From assembly GCA_963764625.1 (NCBI GenBank), contig CAVXTH010000008.1:128001-192000 (forward strand): DNA of 64,000 nucleotides, written 5' to 3'. The notes under the pieces were generated by a model, which had not been told where the DNA came from, ran no database searches, and saw only the letters and a program-made list of their open reading frames with translations. The translations under genes were made by a program, and so were the position numbers. Shown here one piece after another: positions 34,020-44,097 of this stretch (the first letter of the stretch is position 1; each line of letters starts with the position of its first letter). The DNA is from Candidatus Krumholzibacteriota bacterium. GTDB taxonomy: Bacteria > Krumholzibacteriota > Krumholzibacteriia > JAJRXK01.

Positions 34020-35212
34020 GTCGTGGCTCGATTCCCGTCGAGTTCCTCTGGTTTCAGCTGCTGTGCGATGGCTCTCAGGTCCTCGATCGCTTCGAGTTCT
34101 CCTTCGCGCACGATCCACACCTTCAGGTCCTCCCATTCCCGCATCCCCACCACGTCGTCGAGCCTGGCGGTGGCGATGAAAAGCTGGTGCTCGTGATGCA
34201 GCAGGCTTTGCAGGGCCTGGGTCCGCTGCTGATCGAGCTCACTAAAAATATCATCTAACAGAACGACGGGCCGCTCTTTCGTTCGCTCGTAGATCAGGGC
34301 GGCCTGTCCGAGCTTCAACGCGATCGCGGCCGATCGCATCTCTCCTTGCGATCCGAAACGTCGCAGGGCTCTTCCCTGAAGGCGCAGCTCGAGGCGATCA
34401 CGGTGCGGACCGATCTGCGCGAATCCCATCCTCCGTTCACGGGCTCGTCCCTCCTTGAGAGCGCTCAGAAATTCCGCTCGTACGAATGAAATTTCATCGC
34501 TCCATTCCTTCGGCTCTTCGGCCGGCCCAAAGGACGGCACCAGCTCCATTTTGAGGCTCCCGCCGCCCGGAGCCAAGGCGGAATATGCCTGCTCCGAGGC
34601 TCGCTCCAGCGCGCCCAGGAGCTGCCTCCGCGCGACGATCAGAGGGGCTCCAAAGCGGGCCATTTCCGCGTCCCAAACCGCCAGCTCTCCTTCGGTCGCG
34701 AACTGTCGATCCTTGAGTAGACGATTTTTCTGCGCAAGAGCTCGACGGTACCCGAGCAGGTTCTGAAAATAGGGGTTTGCGATCACGCTCAGCGTGATGT
34801 CGAGAAAATGCCTCCGGTGTTCCGGACTTCCCTTTGCCAGAGCGATTTCATCGGGATGGAAGAGAACGGCCGACAGGCGCCCCACGAGATCCGAGTTTCT
34901 CGCGATCGTGGACCCGTCAATTTTGATCCGTTTCCGGCCTTGCGTGGTGAGAGCGGCCTCCAGGGTGAACTCCTCACCCTCTCGATCACGCCCTTCCACT
35001 TTCAGGTGGAGGTGATCCGCGCCGAAACGAATCATCTCGCGATCGTTCGAGCCTCGGTGCGAGCGGCCCAAGGCCAGGTACGAAAGCGCTTCGAGTAGGT
35101 TCGTCTTTCCCTGTCCATTCCGTCCCAAGAAGATATTGATTTTGGGCGAAAACTCCAGGGCGACATTGCTCAAATTCCGGTAATTCAAGAGTTTAACTCT
35201 TGTGAGAATCAC
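34016..35212 (-). CDS. recF: DNA replication/repair protein RecF
   Basis: GRNGQGKTNLLEA Walker A, GPHRD, GSQGE, LLDDIFSELD. Confidence 0.97.
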   Translation of the reverse strand: MILTRVKLLNYRNLSNVALEFSPKINIFLGRNGQGKTNLLEALSYLALGRSHRGSNDREMIRFGADHLHLKVEGRDREGEEFTLEAALTTQGRKRIKIDGSTIARNSDLVGRLSAVLFHPDEIALAKGSPEHRRHFLDITLSVIANPYFQNLLGYRRALAQKNRLLKDRQFATEGELAVWDAEMARFGAPLIVARRQLLGALERASEQAYSALAPGGGSLKMELVPSFGPAEEPKEWSDEISFVRAEFLSALKEGRARERRMGFAQIGPHRDRLELRLQGRALRRFGSQGEMRSAAIALKLGQAALIYERTKERPVVLLDDIFSELDQQRTQALQSLLHHEHQLFIATARLDDVVGMREWEDLKVWIVREGELEAIEDLRAIAQQLKPEELDGNRATT

Positions 35213-35241
35213 CGGTGGGCCTCTCTCTCGGGGGTGCTTTT

Positions 35242-36366
35242 CTAGTCGTTCAGCCGCAGCGGCATCAAGAGACAGAGATCGTCGCTTTCGAGAATCTTGG
35301 CCTCCGGGTCATCGCCGGGCAGGAAGATGGCGGCGCTGTCGGGGCGGTCGAGCGCGATGAGCAGATTCTCCGTTTTGAAGTGCTTCAAAATGTCCTCCAC
35401 ATAGCCGTGGTTGAAGCCGATGGAAACGTCCTCTCCTCCATATTCGATCGGAACTTCGTCCTCGGCGCGAGACCCCTCGGTCCCACTGGCGGAGAGTTTC
35501 ATCGTCTTTCCTTCAACGCTCAGACGGATCTGATTGGTCACGCGATCCGCGGAGACCTTGACCCGACGAATGCCATCACTGAGAGCCTCTCGGTCGCAGA
35601 TGATCCTTCGTTCGTTGTTCTTGGGAAGCACCTGTTCGTAGTTGGGGAAACTGCCCTCCACCAGACGGGTGTGGATGGTGGTATTTTCCATTTCGAAACT
35701 CAACTGGTGCTCGCCCAAGTAGATCGTCACTTCGTCGATGGTCTCGGCCAGTCGCATGACCTGCTGGAGTCCTCCGGAGGAGGCGATGAGTTTGCGACTC
35801 AATTTCTTGGCGATGCCCGTCTTTCTGCGAACGCGGCTCAGACGATGTCCGTCGGTCGCGACCATCGTGAAGTGCCCGTCGGCGAGTTCCCAGTAGACTC
35901 CTTGAAGCGCGGGCCTGGTTTCGTCCTTCGAGGTGGCATAGATACAGCTGCGGATCATCTCCACTAGAGTTGCACCAGCAATGGTGAACGACTCGGCTTC
36001 TTGAACTCTCGGAAGTGCTGGAAAATCATCGGGATCCATGCACGGCTCTTCGAGCTTTGCCTTTCCGCTGCGTAAGACGACCCTCTCTTTGTTCGCTTCG
36101 ATCTTCACCGAGTGAGACCCCAGAGTGCGCACGAACGGAACGAACTTTGCGGCCGGTACGGCGGCTTTTCCGTCGCTTTCCACTTCCACTTCACGAACCC
36201 TCGTTACCACCGAGACATCCAGATCGGTGGCGGCCAGGGTGAGCACCTTCCCTTTTTGGTCGAAAAGGATAGTGGACAGGATGGGAAGGGTGGCTTTGGT
36301 GGAAACGACGTTGGCGACCGCGCCGAGCGCGCGAACGAGCTCGTTCTGTTGAACCTGGATCTTCAC
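35242..36366 (-). CDS. dnaN: DNA polymerase III beta clamp
   Basis: TLPILS, ATDLD, DETRPALQG, VATDGHRL, FPNYEQV, C-terminal LLMPLR; GTG start at 36366. Confidence 0.97.
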   Translation of the reverse strand: MKIQVQQNELVRALGAVANVVSTKATLPILSTILFDQKGKVLTLAATDLDVSVVTRVREVEVESDGKAAVPAAKFVPFVRTLGSHSVKIEANKERVVLRSGKAKLEEPCMDPDDFPALPRVQEAESFTIAGATLVEMIRSCIYATSKDETRPALQGVYWELADGHFTMVATDGHRLSRVRRKTGIAKKLSRKLIASSGGLQQVMRLAETIDEVTIYLGEHQLSFEMENTTIHTRLVEGSFPNYEQVLPKNNERRIICDREALSDGIRRVKVSADRVTNQIRLSVEGKTMKLSASGTEGSRAEDEVPIEYGGEDVSIGFNHGYVEDILKHFKTENLLIALDRPDSAAIFLPGDDPEAKILESDDLCLLMPLRLND

Positions 36367-36459
36367 CGTGGGGCCTCGCTTGGAAGACTCTTGCAAGAGT
36401 ACAATGAGAGAGGGCTATGCTATCGCAGCTCCGCGCTACGGGCAAGCCCGCGGGGTCTA

Positions 36460-36700
36460 CTGTTTCTAATTGTTTGAAAAAGAAAATACAGTAGTAGTAC
36501 GTAGGGCTGGGAATTGTGGGGAAAGAGGCCAAAACTTCAAAGTTAACTGACAATACCACAATGTCTTATCCAGAAGAGCTCATTGAGGATCGCCTGGGGA
36601 GAAAGGGAGCGACACTTCAGGCTTATCCCAAGGGGCTCTGAAATCCCCCGGGATACGAGAGAGTATTCCTCAGATTCTCCTCGGTTTTTCCCCACTGCGT
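36460..36700. other. oriC: oriC unwinding subregion (dnaA-dnaN intergenic): DnaA-box-like sites, GC cluster, DnaA-trios, AT-rich tract
   Basis: Read toward dnaN: TTCCCCACA (36523-36515), GCCC, TACGTACTACTACTG, ATTTTCTTTTTCAAACAATT; further boxes TTATCCAGA and TTATCCCAA. Confidence 0.75.
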
Positions 36701-36786
36701 GCCCGCTTTTTTCCCTTCACGGCCCAAGAAAAAAGGGGCTTCCCAGTACGGGAAAAGCCCCCCGCGCGTTCAGTCGGTCGAACGGT

Positions 36787-38226
36787 TTACGCGCTATGTA
36801 ACGACTTGATCAGATCCTCGAGCTCGGAGTGCACGTCGGGATTGATTTCCTCCAAGCGAGTAATCTTCTGCCAAGCATGGTGCACCGTGGTGTGGTCGCG
36901 TCCGCCGAAACGCATCCCAATTTGGTTGAGCGAAGCTCCGGTCAACTCCCGGCAGAGATACATGGCGATTTGTCTGGCGTGCGCGATGGGCCTGGTGCGG
37001 GTCTTCGAGCGCAGAAGATCGAGCGAAATATCGTAGTAGCCCGCCACGGTCTTGGTCACTTCGACTAGGGAAATGGGGTGCTTTGGGCGATTCCGATTCA
37101 AAAAGGTGCCCAAAACCTCCCTGGCCATCTCGATGTGAATTTTACTTCCGGTGAGACTCGCGAAAGCCAGAAGTCGAATGAGAGCGCCTTCCAGCTCGCG
37201 AATGTTGTTGGTCACGCGCTCGGCGATGAGCACCAACACCTCGTCCGGAATGACGATTTCCTCCTTCTCCACCTTCTTCTTGAGAATCGCGATGCGGGTT
37301 TCGAGCTTGGGAGCCTGTAAGTCCGTGATCAAACCCCATTCGAAGCGTGACCGAAGGCGTTCCTCCAGGGTTGGAATTTCCTTGGGAGGCCGGTCGCAGG
37401 TCACCACGATTTGCTTGTTGGCATCGTAGAGCGCGTTGAAGGTGTGAAAGAACTCCTGCTGCGTAGTCTCTTTCCCGGCGAGGAACTGGATGTCGTCGAT
37501 GAGTAGAAGGTCGACGTTCCGGTAACGATTCTTGAACTCGAAAGTCTTGCCGGTCCGAATGGACTGGATGAGTTCGTTCATGAAATTTTCAGCCGAGACG
37601 TAATGAACGAGAGTCTGCGGTTCACGCTCCAGAACCTCGTTGCCGATTGCCTGCATGAGGTGCGTCTTTCCCAGGCCCACGCCACCGTAGAGAAAGAGCG
37701 GGTTGTAGGCCTGGGCAAGTTGTTCCGCCACCGCCTCGCACGCCGCGTGGGCGAGACGGTTGTTGTCTCCCACCACGAAGTTGGAGAACACGTACCGCTG
37801 GTTGAGTCCCGCCTCGCGCGGCATGCGCCGGCGGGTCTCGCTCTCCGGAGCCGGCGCGACGGCGGCGCGCGGGTCGAAACTTCCCACCGTGCTCGGCTCG
37901 GGATCGACGAGAATCTCGATCTCGACGCCGTGCCCCAGGACGCGATGGGCGGCGGTGCGGAGGGTCTCCAGATGATGCTCGGTGAGCCAGTCCACGAAGA
38001 ACTGGTTCGGCCCCTGGATGGTCAGGGCGCGGTCTCGTAGGGCGAGAAAACGAGTTTGGTGGAACCAGGTTTCGAAAGTCTGTTGATTGACATTCTGTCG
38101 CACCACTTCCAAAATCTCGGCCCAGAGGGCCTGTTCGTCCGGGGAGTTCCCGTGGGCGGAAGGGTCGGCTGAAGTCGTTCGCGAAGGGGGCACGAGCGGG
38201 GCTTCCTCTCGCTGGGCCGAGGGCAT
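36787..38226 (-). CDS. dnaA: Chromosomal replication initiator DnaA
   Basis: YNPLFLYGGVGLGKTHL, LLIDDIQF, RLRSRFEWGL, NIRELEGAL, FGGRDHTTV; exact start uncertain (38226 or 38253). Confidence 0.98.
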   Translation of the reverse strand: MPSAQREEAPLVPPSRTTSADPSAHGNSPDEQALWAEILEVVRQNVNQQTFETWFHQTRFLALRDRALTIQGPNQFFVDWLTEHHLETLRTAAHRVLGHGVEIEILVDPEPSTVGSFDPRAAVAPAPESETRRRMPREAGLNQRYVFSNFVVGDNNRLAHAACEAVAEQLAQAYNPLFLYGGVGLGKTHLMQAIGNEVLEREPQTLVHYVSAENFMNELIQSIRTGKTFEFKNRYRNVDLLLIDDIQFLAGKETTQQEFFHTFNALYDANKQIVVTCDRPPKEIPTLEERLRSRFEWGLITDLQAPKLETRIAILKKKVEKEEIVIPDEVLVLIAERVTNNIRELEGALIRLLAFASLTGSKIHIEMAREVLGTFLNRNRPKHPISLVEVTKTVAGYYDISLDLLRSKTRTRPIAHARQIAMYLCRELTGASLNQIGMRFGGRDHTTVHHAWQKITRLEEINPDVHSELEDLIKSLHSA

Positions 38227-38259
38227 GAACTCGACTAGAGGACAGAACTTCACAAAGAC

Positions 38260-38435
38260 TTATCCACAAGAAGGAAAAGCCTAGAACGTTTTAAATTATA
38301 AGGACTTAGCTCAACATATTCCCGTGGAACCCCATCTTATCCCCAAGCCCGAAAAACTGGGGATAACGTTGTTGTGCCGGGTGTGGGTTATCCACCGGGG
38401 AAGCGGACGGTAGCACGCGGTCTGGGGCCGGGCAA
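38260..38435. promoter_or_regulatory. DnaA-box cluster and dnaA promoter (upstream oriC subregion)
   Basis: Perfect TTATCCACA at 38260-38268, plus TTATCCCCA, TGGGGATAA and TTATCCACC; minus-strand TTGCCC-N17-TACCGT at 38435-38407. Confidence 0.75.
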
Positions 38436-38603
38436 GGTACTTTTCTCCTCCGGGAATACTTTCTTCCTAAGATCTTCACAATAGGTTTCTTAAGCCCAGC
38501 CCCCTCGGTTGCGGGCCCGCCACGCGCCTCGTGCGGGCGGGGCGTCAGAAGATCCCGAACGAATTCGCCGCGGCGCCCCCGGGCCCTCGTCGGCCCGGGA
38601 AAC

Positions 38604-38632
38604 TTGACGAAGCGGGGCCCTGGGCATACCGT
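38604..38632 (+). promoter_or_regulatory. Sigma70-type promoter of the rpmH operon
   Basis: TTGACG-N17-TACCGT. Confidence 0.6.
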
Positions 38633-38698
38633 ATTGCGCTCGTGGAGCTATGGTTATGGGAACCGCCCGCGCCTTCAGACCGTCGATGAGGTGTCAGC

Positions 38699-38833
38699 GT
38701 GAAGAGGACTTTTCAGCCGAGTAACATCAAGCGCAAGCGCGACCACGGTTTCCGGAAGCGCATGGCGACGCGCGCGGGACGCACGATCCTCAAGCGCCGC
38801 CGGAGCAAGGGCCGCAAGCGTCTGAGCGCGTGA
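38699..38833 (+). CDS. rpmH: 50S ribosomal protein L34 (not in ORF track)
   Basis: GTG start; [44 protein letters not shown]. Confidence 0.97.
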   Translation: MKRTFQPSNIKRKRDHGFRKRMATRAGRTILKRRRSKGRKRLSA

Positions 38834-38888
38834 GCGTCTTCGGATTCTGCCACGCGCGCACAGAGGGGTAGAGCGCGCGGTCTTCCGG

Positions 38889-39296
38889 ATGGGGGGACTT
38901 CCCTTGAAGGGGACTCTGCGAACTCGGCGGCATTTCCAACGCGTGTATGAGAACGGCCGAAAAGCAGTCGGGGCTTCGTGCGTCGTCTATGCGTACAGTC
39001 CGCAGCCCGAGGAGATCGCTACGGTGGGCGAATGCGCGGTCGGGGTCGTCGCATCCAAGAAGGTGGGCAATGCCGTGCGACGTAACCGCGCGAAGCGCTC
39101 CCTCCGTGAGACCTACCGCGCTTCCAGTTCACGACTGACCAAGCCGCTTTGGATCGTGCTCGTGGCGCGCGGCGCCCTGGCTGATGCGAGCATTTCTTCG
39201 AAGGACTTGCTCGAGGAGATGCAGGAACTTCTGGTACAACTTGGCGTGCTGCGAGACAACACGCATGAGCTCGGGAAGGGAGAGCTTCCGTGTTGA
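38889..39296 (+). CDS. rnpA: Ribonuclease P protein component
   Basis: VGVVASKKVGNAVRRNRAKRSLRE (RNR motif); position after rpmH. Confidence 0.93.
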   Translation: MGGLPLKGTLRTRRHFQRVYENGRKAVGASCVVYAYSPQPEEIATVGECAVGVVASKKVGNAVRRNRAKRSLRETYRASSSRLTKPLWIVLVARGALADASISSKDLLEEMQELLVQLGVLRDNTHELGKGELPC

Positions 39297-39568
39297 CGCG
39301 CCTTGCCGTGATTTGCATTCGCGCATACCAACTTCTGCTCTCACCCTTGCTGGGTTCGAATTGCCGCTTTACTCCCAGTTGTTCGCAGTACGGAATTGAT
39401 GCGCTCAAGACGCACGGGCTCGCGCGGGGAATCTGGCTCAGCCTGCGGCGCGTTGCGCGGTGCCATCCTTGGCACCGCGGCGGGTTTGACCCGGTGCCCG
39501 GGTCGGACAAGAAGGAGAGTTCCACGATCGAGCGAGGGATTTCCATTCCAAGCGCTCATCATTCCTGA
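39290..39568 (+). CDS. yidD: Membrane protein insertion efficiency factor
   Basis: YQLLLSPLLGSNCRFTPSCSQY...RCHPWHRGGFDPVP. Confidence 0.95.
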   Translation: MLTRLAVICIRAYQLLLSPLLGSNCRFTPSCSQYGIDALKTHGLARGIWLSLRRVARCHPWHRGGFDPVPGSDKKESSTIERGISIPSAHHS

Positions 39569-39586
39569 GTTTTTCGCGAGGCAAGC

Positions 39587-41428
39587 ATGAATCAGCGCAC
39601 GGCGCTCGCCTTCTTTCTCATGTTCGTAGTACTGCTGATCTGGCAGGCTGTCTTTTCTCCTCCACAGCAAGAGGTGCAGAACGCCGGACAGAGCGACAGT
39701 CTCGCGGTGGCCCAGGCCCCTCCGCGCTTATCCGGCTCCGAGGAGAACGGCGCTTTGGACAGCGCGCAAGGCGCCGCCGCGGCATCCTCGGTGAACTCTA
39801 TGCAGGAAGGCGCGGCCGACAGCACCGAGTCTTCGGGCGACATTCCGTTCGCGTCGACGGCGGAGGGCCCGCTTCTCACTCTCGAGACCGATCAATACGT
39901 GGCGGAACTGGATCTCATCGGCGCCGATCTTCGCTCGTGGACCCTGAAAAATTTCAAGACCATTGACGGCGCGCCGGTGCAACTCATTCCCAAGAGAACC
40001 ATCGATCGCTACGGTCAACGCGCCCATGCGCTGAAAATCTATCGGGATGATGGGGTGCTGGATCTGAGTCACGTCCGCTTCGAACTCGACGGGGCGCGAC
40101 TGCAGAGTACGGGTGATCCGGGCAAGCCCTGGCGGCTGCGAGTCACGGCTGACAATCCCATCGCCGAGGTCACGCTCACCGCGGATCTGGGAACGGCGAC
40201 CCCGCTCCTTCTCCACATTCGCCTGGACAACGCGCTCTCATCGTTCGGGGTTCACGCAGAGTACGATCTTCCGCGCACCGACCTCGCGCAGTTGAAGATC
40301 TCCTGGCCCGCAGGAATCTCCAACACCGAACCGGATACTCTGCGGGAGTACAGAGAGTTCAAGGCGGCGGCGCGCGTGGGGGACGATACCTACAAGACCT
40401 CCTTCAATTCTCTCAAGAAAGGCGATGGGTCGGGGGGGCGTAAGGATCACGAAGGCACGGTTGCCTGGGCCGGGGTGATGGGGCAGTACTTTACCGCGTT
40501 CATCCACGATCCCGCCCGCCGCCCGGGCCGCGTGCATTTCGACGGCGATTACGAGAAGAATCTCCAGACCTTCTCGATCGAGTTGCCCTTGCAGGACGAA
40601 AACGGGCCGGGACTCGATTACGCCGTGTTCTTGGGTCCTCGCGACTACAACGAATTGCACGAGATCGACCCGGCACTCACCGCCCTCATCGATTTGGGCC
40701 CGGCAGTGTTTCGTCCCGTTTCGAAATTCATGCTCTGGCTCCTCTTGTATCTGCATCGCTTCATTCCCAACTACGGCCTCGTGATCATCTTGATCTCGGT
40801 CGCGACCAAGTTTCTCTTCTATCCCCTGACGAAGAGCAGTACGCGTTCGATGCGCGAGATGCAGCTCGTGCAACCCGAGCTCGCGAAACTCAAGGAGAAG
40901 TACAAGGACGATCAGGCGCGGCAGAGCAAGGAGATGATGAAGCTCTACAAAGAGCACGGCATCAATCCCATGGCCGGGTGTTTACCTTTGCTCGTGCAGA
41001 TGCCGGTCTTCTGGGCGCTGTTCACCGTTCTGCGCCGTACGATCGAAGTAAGACAGGCGCCGTTCTGGGGATGGATCACCGATCTCTCCCGCCCCGAAGT
41101 CCTTTTTCATCTCCCTTTGAAACTGCCGGTGATCGGCAACAGCTTCTCCCTTCTTCCGATTCTCATGGCGGGGGGAATGTGGCTGCAGACGAAGATCGGC
41201 ACGCCGAGTGCTGCGACGGGGGGCGAGGGCGCGATGGCCTCGCAACAGAAGATGATGTCGACCTTCATGCCCATCTTCATGCTTTTCGTGTTCTACAACA
41301 CTCCGTCGGGTCTCGTGCTCTACTGGTTCGTGAATACGCTCCTTTCCATCGTTCAGACCTGGCAGATTCATCGAAACGCTCCCAAGACCTTGGCCGAGAA
41401 AAAAGCCATGGTCAGCGCGAGCGCGTGA
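39587..41428 (+). CDS. yidC: Membrane protein insertase YidC
   Basis: N-terminal TM, large periplasmic domain, NYGLVII, INPMAGCLPLLVQMPVF, WITDLS, PSGLVLYW. Confidence 0.95.
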   Translation: MNQRTALAFFLMFVVLLIWQAVFSPPQQEVQNAGQSDSLAVAQAPPRLSGSEENGALDSAQGAAAASSVNSMQEGAADSTESSGDIPFASTAEGPLLTLETDQYVAELDLIGADLRSWTLKNFKTIDGAPVQLIPKRTIDRYGQRAHALKIYRDDGVLDLSHVRFELDGARLQSTGDPGKPWRLRVTADNPIAEVTLTADLGTATPLLLHIRLDNALSSFGVHAEYDLPRTDLAQLKISWPAGISNTEPDTLREYREFKAAARVGDDTYKTSFNSLKKGDGSGGRKDHEGTVAWAGVMGQYFTAFIHDPARRPGRVHFDGDYEKNLQTFSIELPLQDENGPGLDYAVFLGPRDYNELHEIDPALTALIDLGPAVFRPVSKFMLWLLLYLHRFIPNYGLVIILISVATKFLFYPLTKSSTRSMREMQLVQPELAKLKEKYKDDQARQSKEMMKLYKEHGINPMAGCLPLLVQMPVFWALFTVLRRTIEVRQAPFWGWITDLSRPEVLFHLPLKLPVIGNSFSLLPILMAGGMWLQTKIGTPSAATGGEGAMASQQKMMSTFMPIFMLFVFYNTPSGLVLYWFVNTLLSIVQTWQIHRNAPKTLAEKKAMVSASA

Positions 41429-41444
41429 GAGGAAAGAGGACATC

Positions 41445-42323
41445 GTGATTCGTGAAAGTTTCGAAGTCAGTGCCATCACGGTGACGGAAGCTACGAACCA
41501 AGCGCTTCAGTTGTTGGGAGTCGACGGCGATGCGCACGGGGTCGGCGTGGAAGTGATCGACGAGGGAAACGCCGGTCGGGGCTTTGCGATCTTTCGCAAG
41601 CTCGCGCGCGTGCGGGTGACCCATGAGTCCGAAGGATTCGGTCGGGTCTCTCGAGAACTTCCCGTGGCCATTCCGGCGCGACCGCCGGCGGAAACTGCGT
41701 CGACCACGCGGCGCCTCGCCTGGAGCGCGCCGTCTTCCGCGCGACCGTTCCGTGGCAAACCGGATCTCGTCATCGAGGAGGCCGCCACCCCGCCGCGGGT
41801 GAGCGAGATGAGCATCGCGCCCTCACAAGAACGTCCCCGGGAAACCTACACTCCGACTGCCGAGCACAACGCCAAGGTCGAAGAGGTGACGCGGGAACTC
41901 CTGGACTCGATGGACCTCGAGTACCAGGCGAGTTTCGAACACGCCGACTACCAGCGCGTTTTCATCACGGTTTCCGAGGACGACGCAGGTTCTCTCATCG
42001 GCCGTCGTGGGACTGGAGTGGATGCCCTCGAGCACATCCTCAGCCGCATGATCGCCCAGAGCTGTGATTCGAATGTTCCGGTGCAGGTCGACTTGAATCG
42101 GTATCGCGAGCGGGAGCAGGAGCACCTGCGCGAGCAAGCCCTCGAGCGGGCCGAGCGAGTGCTCGCCGAAGGCACCGAAATCCACTTCGAACCGATGCAC
42201 CCCCGTGAGCGCCGCGTCGTGCATCTCGCGGTCAAGCCCCTGGCAGGGGTGGAAAGCTATACTCTGGGAGAGGGCCCGCGACGGCACGTGGTGCTGGCGC
42301 CCGTGAAGACCTCCGAGAAATAA
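41445..42323 (+). CDS. jag: Jag/EloR (KhpB) RNA-binding protein
   Basis: Jag_N segment, KH motif LIGRRG, R3H motif ERRVVH; follows yidC. Confidence 0.9.
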   Translation: MIRESFEVSAITVTEATNQALQLLGVDGDAHGVGVEVIDEGNAGRGFAIFRKLARVRVTHESEGFGRVSRELPVAIPARPPAETASTTRRLAWSAPSSARPFRGKPDLVIEEAATPPRVSEMSIAPSQERPRETYTPTAEHNAKVEEVTRELLDSMDLEYQASFEHADYQRVFITVSEDDAGSLIGRRGTGVDALEHILSRMIAQSCDSNVPVQVDLNRYREREQEHLREQALERAERVLAEGTEIHFEPMHPRERRVVHLAVKPLAGVESYTLGEGPRRHVVLAPVKTSEK

Positions 42324-42386
42324 TTCACTTATTCATTTTATAGCAATAGGTTAAAACGAATCTATCATGCGTAGTTCGGGGGCAGC

Positions 42387-43031
42387 GTGTCGCGGTCTAC
42401 ATTCACCTCGCTCCTGCAAGCTCTCGTGGAAGAAGGAATTCCACTCGAGCCCTTCGTTCAATTCCGCCAGGATCTCCTCCGTTTCAATCGAGGGCGCAAC
42501 CTGGTCAGCCGCGCCGGCGGGCCCGGGTTGGTGGAGCGGCTCATCCTGGAATCGGCAGCCACCGGCCGGGCGCTTCCCTTGCACTCTGGAGAGCGAGCAC
42601 TGGATCTGGGTAGCGGGGCGGGTTTTCCGGGAATTCCCCTGGCCCTGAGCCAACCCGGCCTCGAGCTCGTTCTCCTGGAGCGCCGGGCCACTGCATGTGA
42701 TTTCCTGCGTCGGGAGATCGCCAGCCTGAGCCTGACCCATGCCTGCGTCGAGGAAGGTCAGGCGCGCGAAGTTTTGACGCGAGTTCCCGGGGCGCGCGCC
42801 TCATTTCAGTGGGGATTCGCCCGCGCGGTGGCCGCGCCGGCGCGGACCCTGTCCCTGCTGCGCCCCTTCTTGGCGAAAGAAGGGACCGCGGTGCTCGTGC
42901 TCAATGAGGAGTTTCGGCCCTCCCCGACGATCCTCGACGCGGGGTGGCGCTGGGAGGGCAACCGCCCCCTTGCTCTTGCGGCCCCCGTGCCCTCCGATTG
43001 CTGTCTGCAGCTCTTTCGTCCCGCGGGCTGA
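42387..43031 (+). CDS. rsmG: 16S rRNA m7G527 methyltransferase
   Basis: NLVS, LDLGSGAGFPGIPLA, ARAVA; upstream of parA. Confidence 0.85.
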   Translation: MSRSTFTSLLQALVEEGIPLEPFVQFRQDLLRFNRGRNLVSRAGGPGLVERLILESAATGRALPLHSGERALDLGSGAGFPGIPLALSQPGLELVLLERRATACDFLRREIASLSLTHACVEEGQAREVLTRVPGARASFQWGFARAVAAPARTLSLLRPFLAKEGTAVLVLNEEFRPSPTILDAGWRWEGNRPLALAAPVPSDCCLQLFRPAG

Positions 43032-43089
43032 GTGCCCGGGCCAGGGGTTCGTTTCCCGGAGAACACCGCCCTGGACCCTCCCGGAGACA

Positions 43090-43145
43090 TGTTCCACGTG
43101 AAACATCGACTCGGGATCCCCTCGAACCATGTTCCACGTGGAACC
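43090..43145. promoter_or_regulatory. parS: Two parS sites
   Basis: TGTTCCACGTGAAACA (43090-43105) and TGTTCCACGTGGAACC (43130-43145) match the bacterial parS consensus and lie just upstream of parA. Confidence 0.93.
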
Positions 43146-43296
43146 TCCCGGGGATTTTTCCGTCGTTCCCCTCCCGAAAGGGCCAAAACAAGCCTCTATC
43201 CATCTCAGAGCTTGCGGTCGTAAGCGGCCACATGCCAAAGTGCTCCGCAGTCCGGCCCCGAAGGCCGGGTCGAGCCTGCCGTGAATGGGGCCAAGC

Positions 43297-44097
43297 ATGG
43301 GACGCATCATCTCCATCTCGAATCAGAAGGGCGGCGTGGGGAAGACCACCACCGTCGTGAATCTAGGGGCCAGCCTGGCGGTGGCCGAAAAGCGAGTGCT
43401 TTTGCTGGATTTCGATCCACAGGGCAACACCAGTAGCGGCTTGGGCGTGCGGCCTGCCCCCGAAGAGTTGACGAGCTACGAATTTCTGGCCGGAACAGGG
43501 GTACCGGAGGGCCTGATCCGCGCCACCGAATTGCCCTATCTCCAGCTCATGCCCGCGGACCAGAGGTTGACCGGGGCCGAAGTCGAGCTGGTGGAGGCGG
43601 AGGACAGAGAGGGCTTCCTGCGCCGCGCGCTCGAGGTGCTGCGCGAACGCTACGACTTCATTCTCCTGGATACCCCGCCCAGCTTGGGCATGCTCACGAT
43701 CAACGCACTGACGGCCGCCGATTCGGTCCTCATTCCCATCCAGTGCGAGTACTACGCCCTGGAAGGGCTGAGCCAGCTGCTCAACACGATTCACCTGGTC
43801 CAGCAAACCCTCAATCCGAAGCTCCGCATCGAGGGGGTCCTCCTGACCATGTTCGACCAGCGGCTCCGCCTCAGCAACCAGGTGGCGGAAGAAGCCAAAG
43901 AATATTTTGGCACAACAGTTTACGAGACTGTCATTCCCCGGAACGTAACCCTGGGGGAGAGCCCTTCCTTCGGGAAGCCGGTCCTTCTTCACGACATCCA
44001 GAGCCGGGGCTCTCTCAGTTATCTCAATCTAGCCAAGGAAGTGATGCGCAATGGCGAAGCGAGTCTTGGGCAAGGGCCTGTCGGCGCTCATCGGTAA
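43297..44097 (+). CDS. parA: Chromosome partitioning ATPase ParA/Soj
   Basis: NQKGGVGKTTT, DFDPQGN, DTPPSLG, PIQCEYYALEG, IPRNV. Confidence 0.96.
   Translation: MGRIISISNQKGGVGKTTTVVNLGASLAVAEKRVLLLDFDPQGNTSSGLGVRPAPEELTSYEFLAGTGVPEGLIRATELPYLQLMPADQRLTGAEVELVEAEDREGFLRRALEVLRERYDFILLDTPPSLGMLTINALTAADSVLIPIQCEYYALEGLSQLLNTIHLVQQTLNPKLRIEGVLLTMFDQRLRLSNQVAEEAKEYFGTTVYETVIPRNVTLGESPSFGKPVLLHDIQSRGSLSYLNLAKEVMRNGEASLGQGPVGAHR

Noticed and set aside
38315-38331. parS-like ATATTCCCGTGGAACC upstream of dnaA
   Set aside because: Only one half-site matches and the spacing is off by one base.
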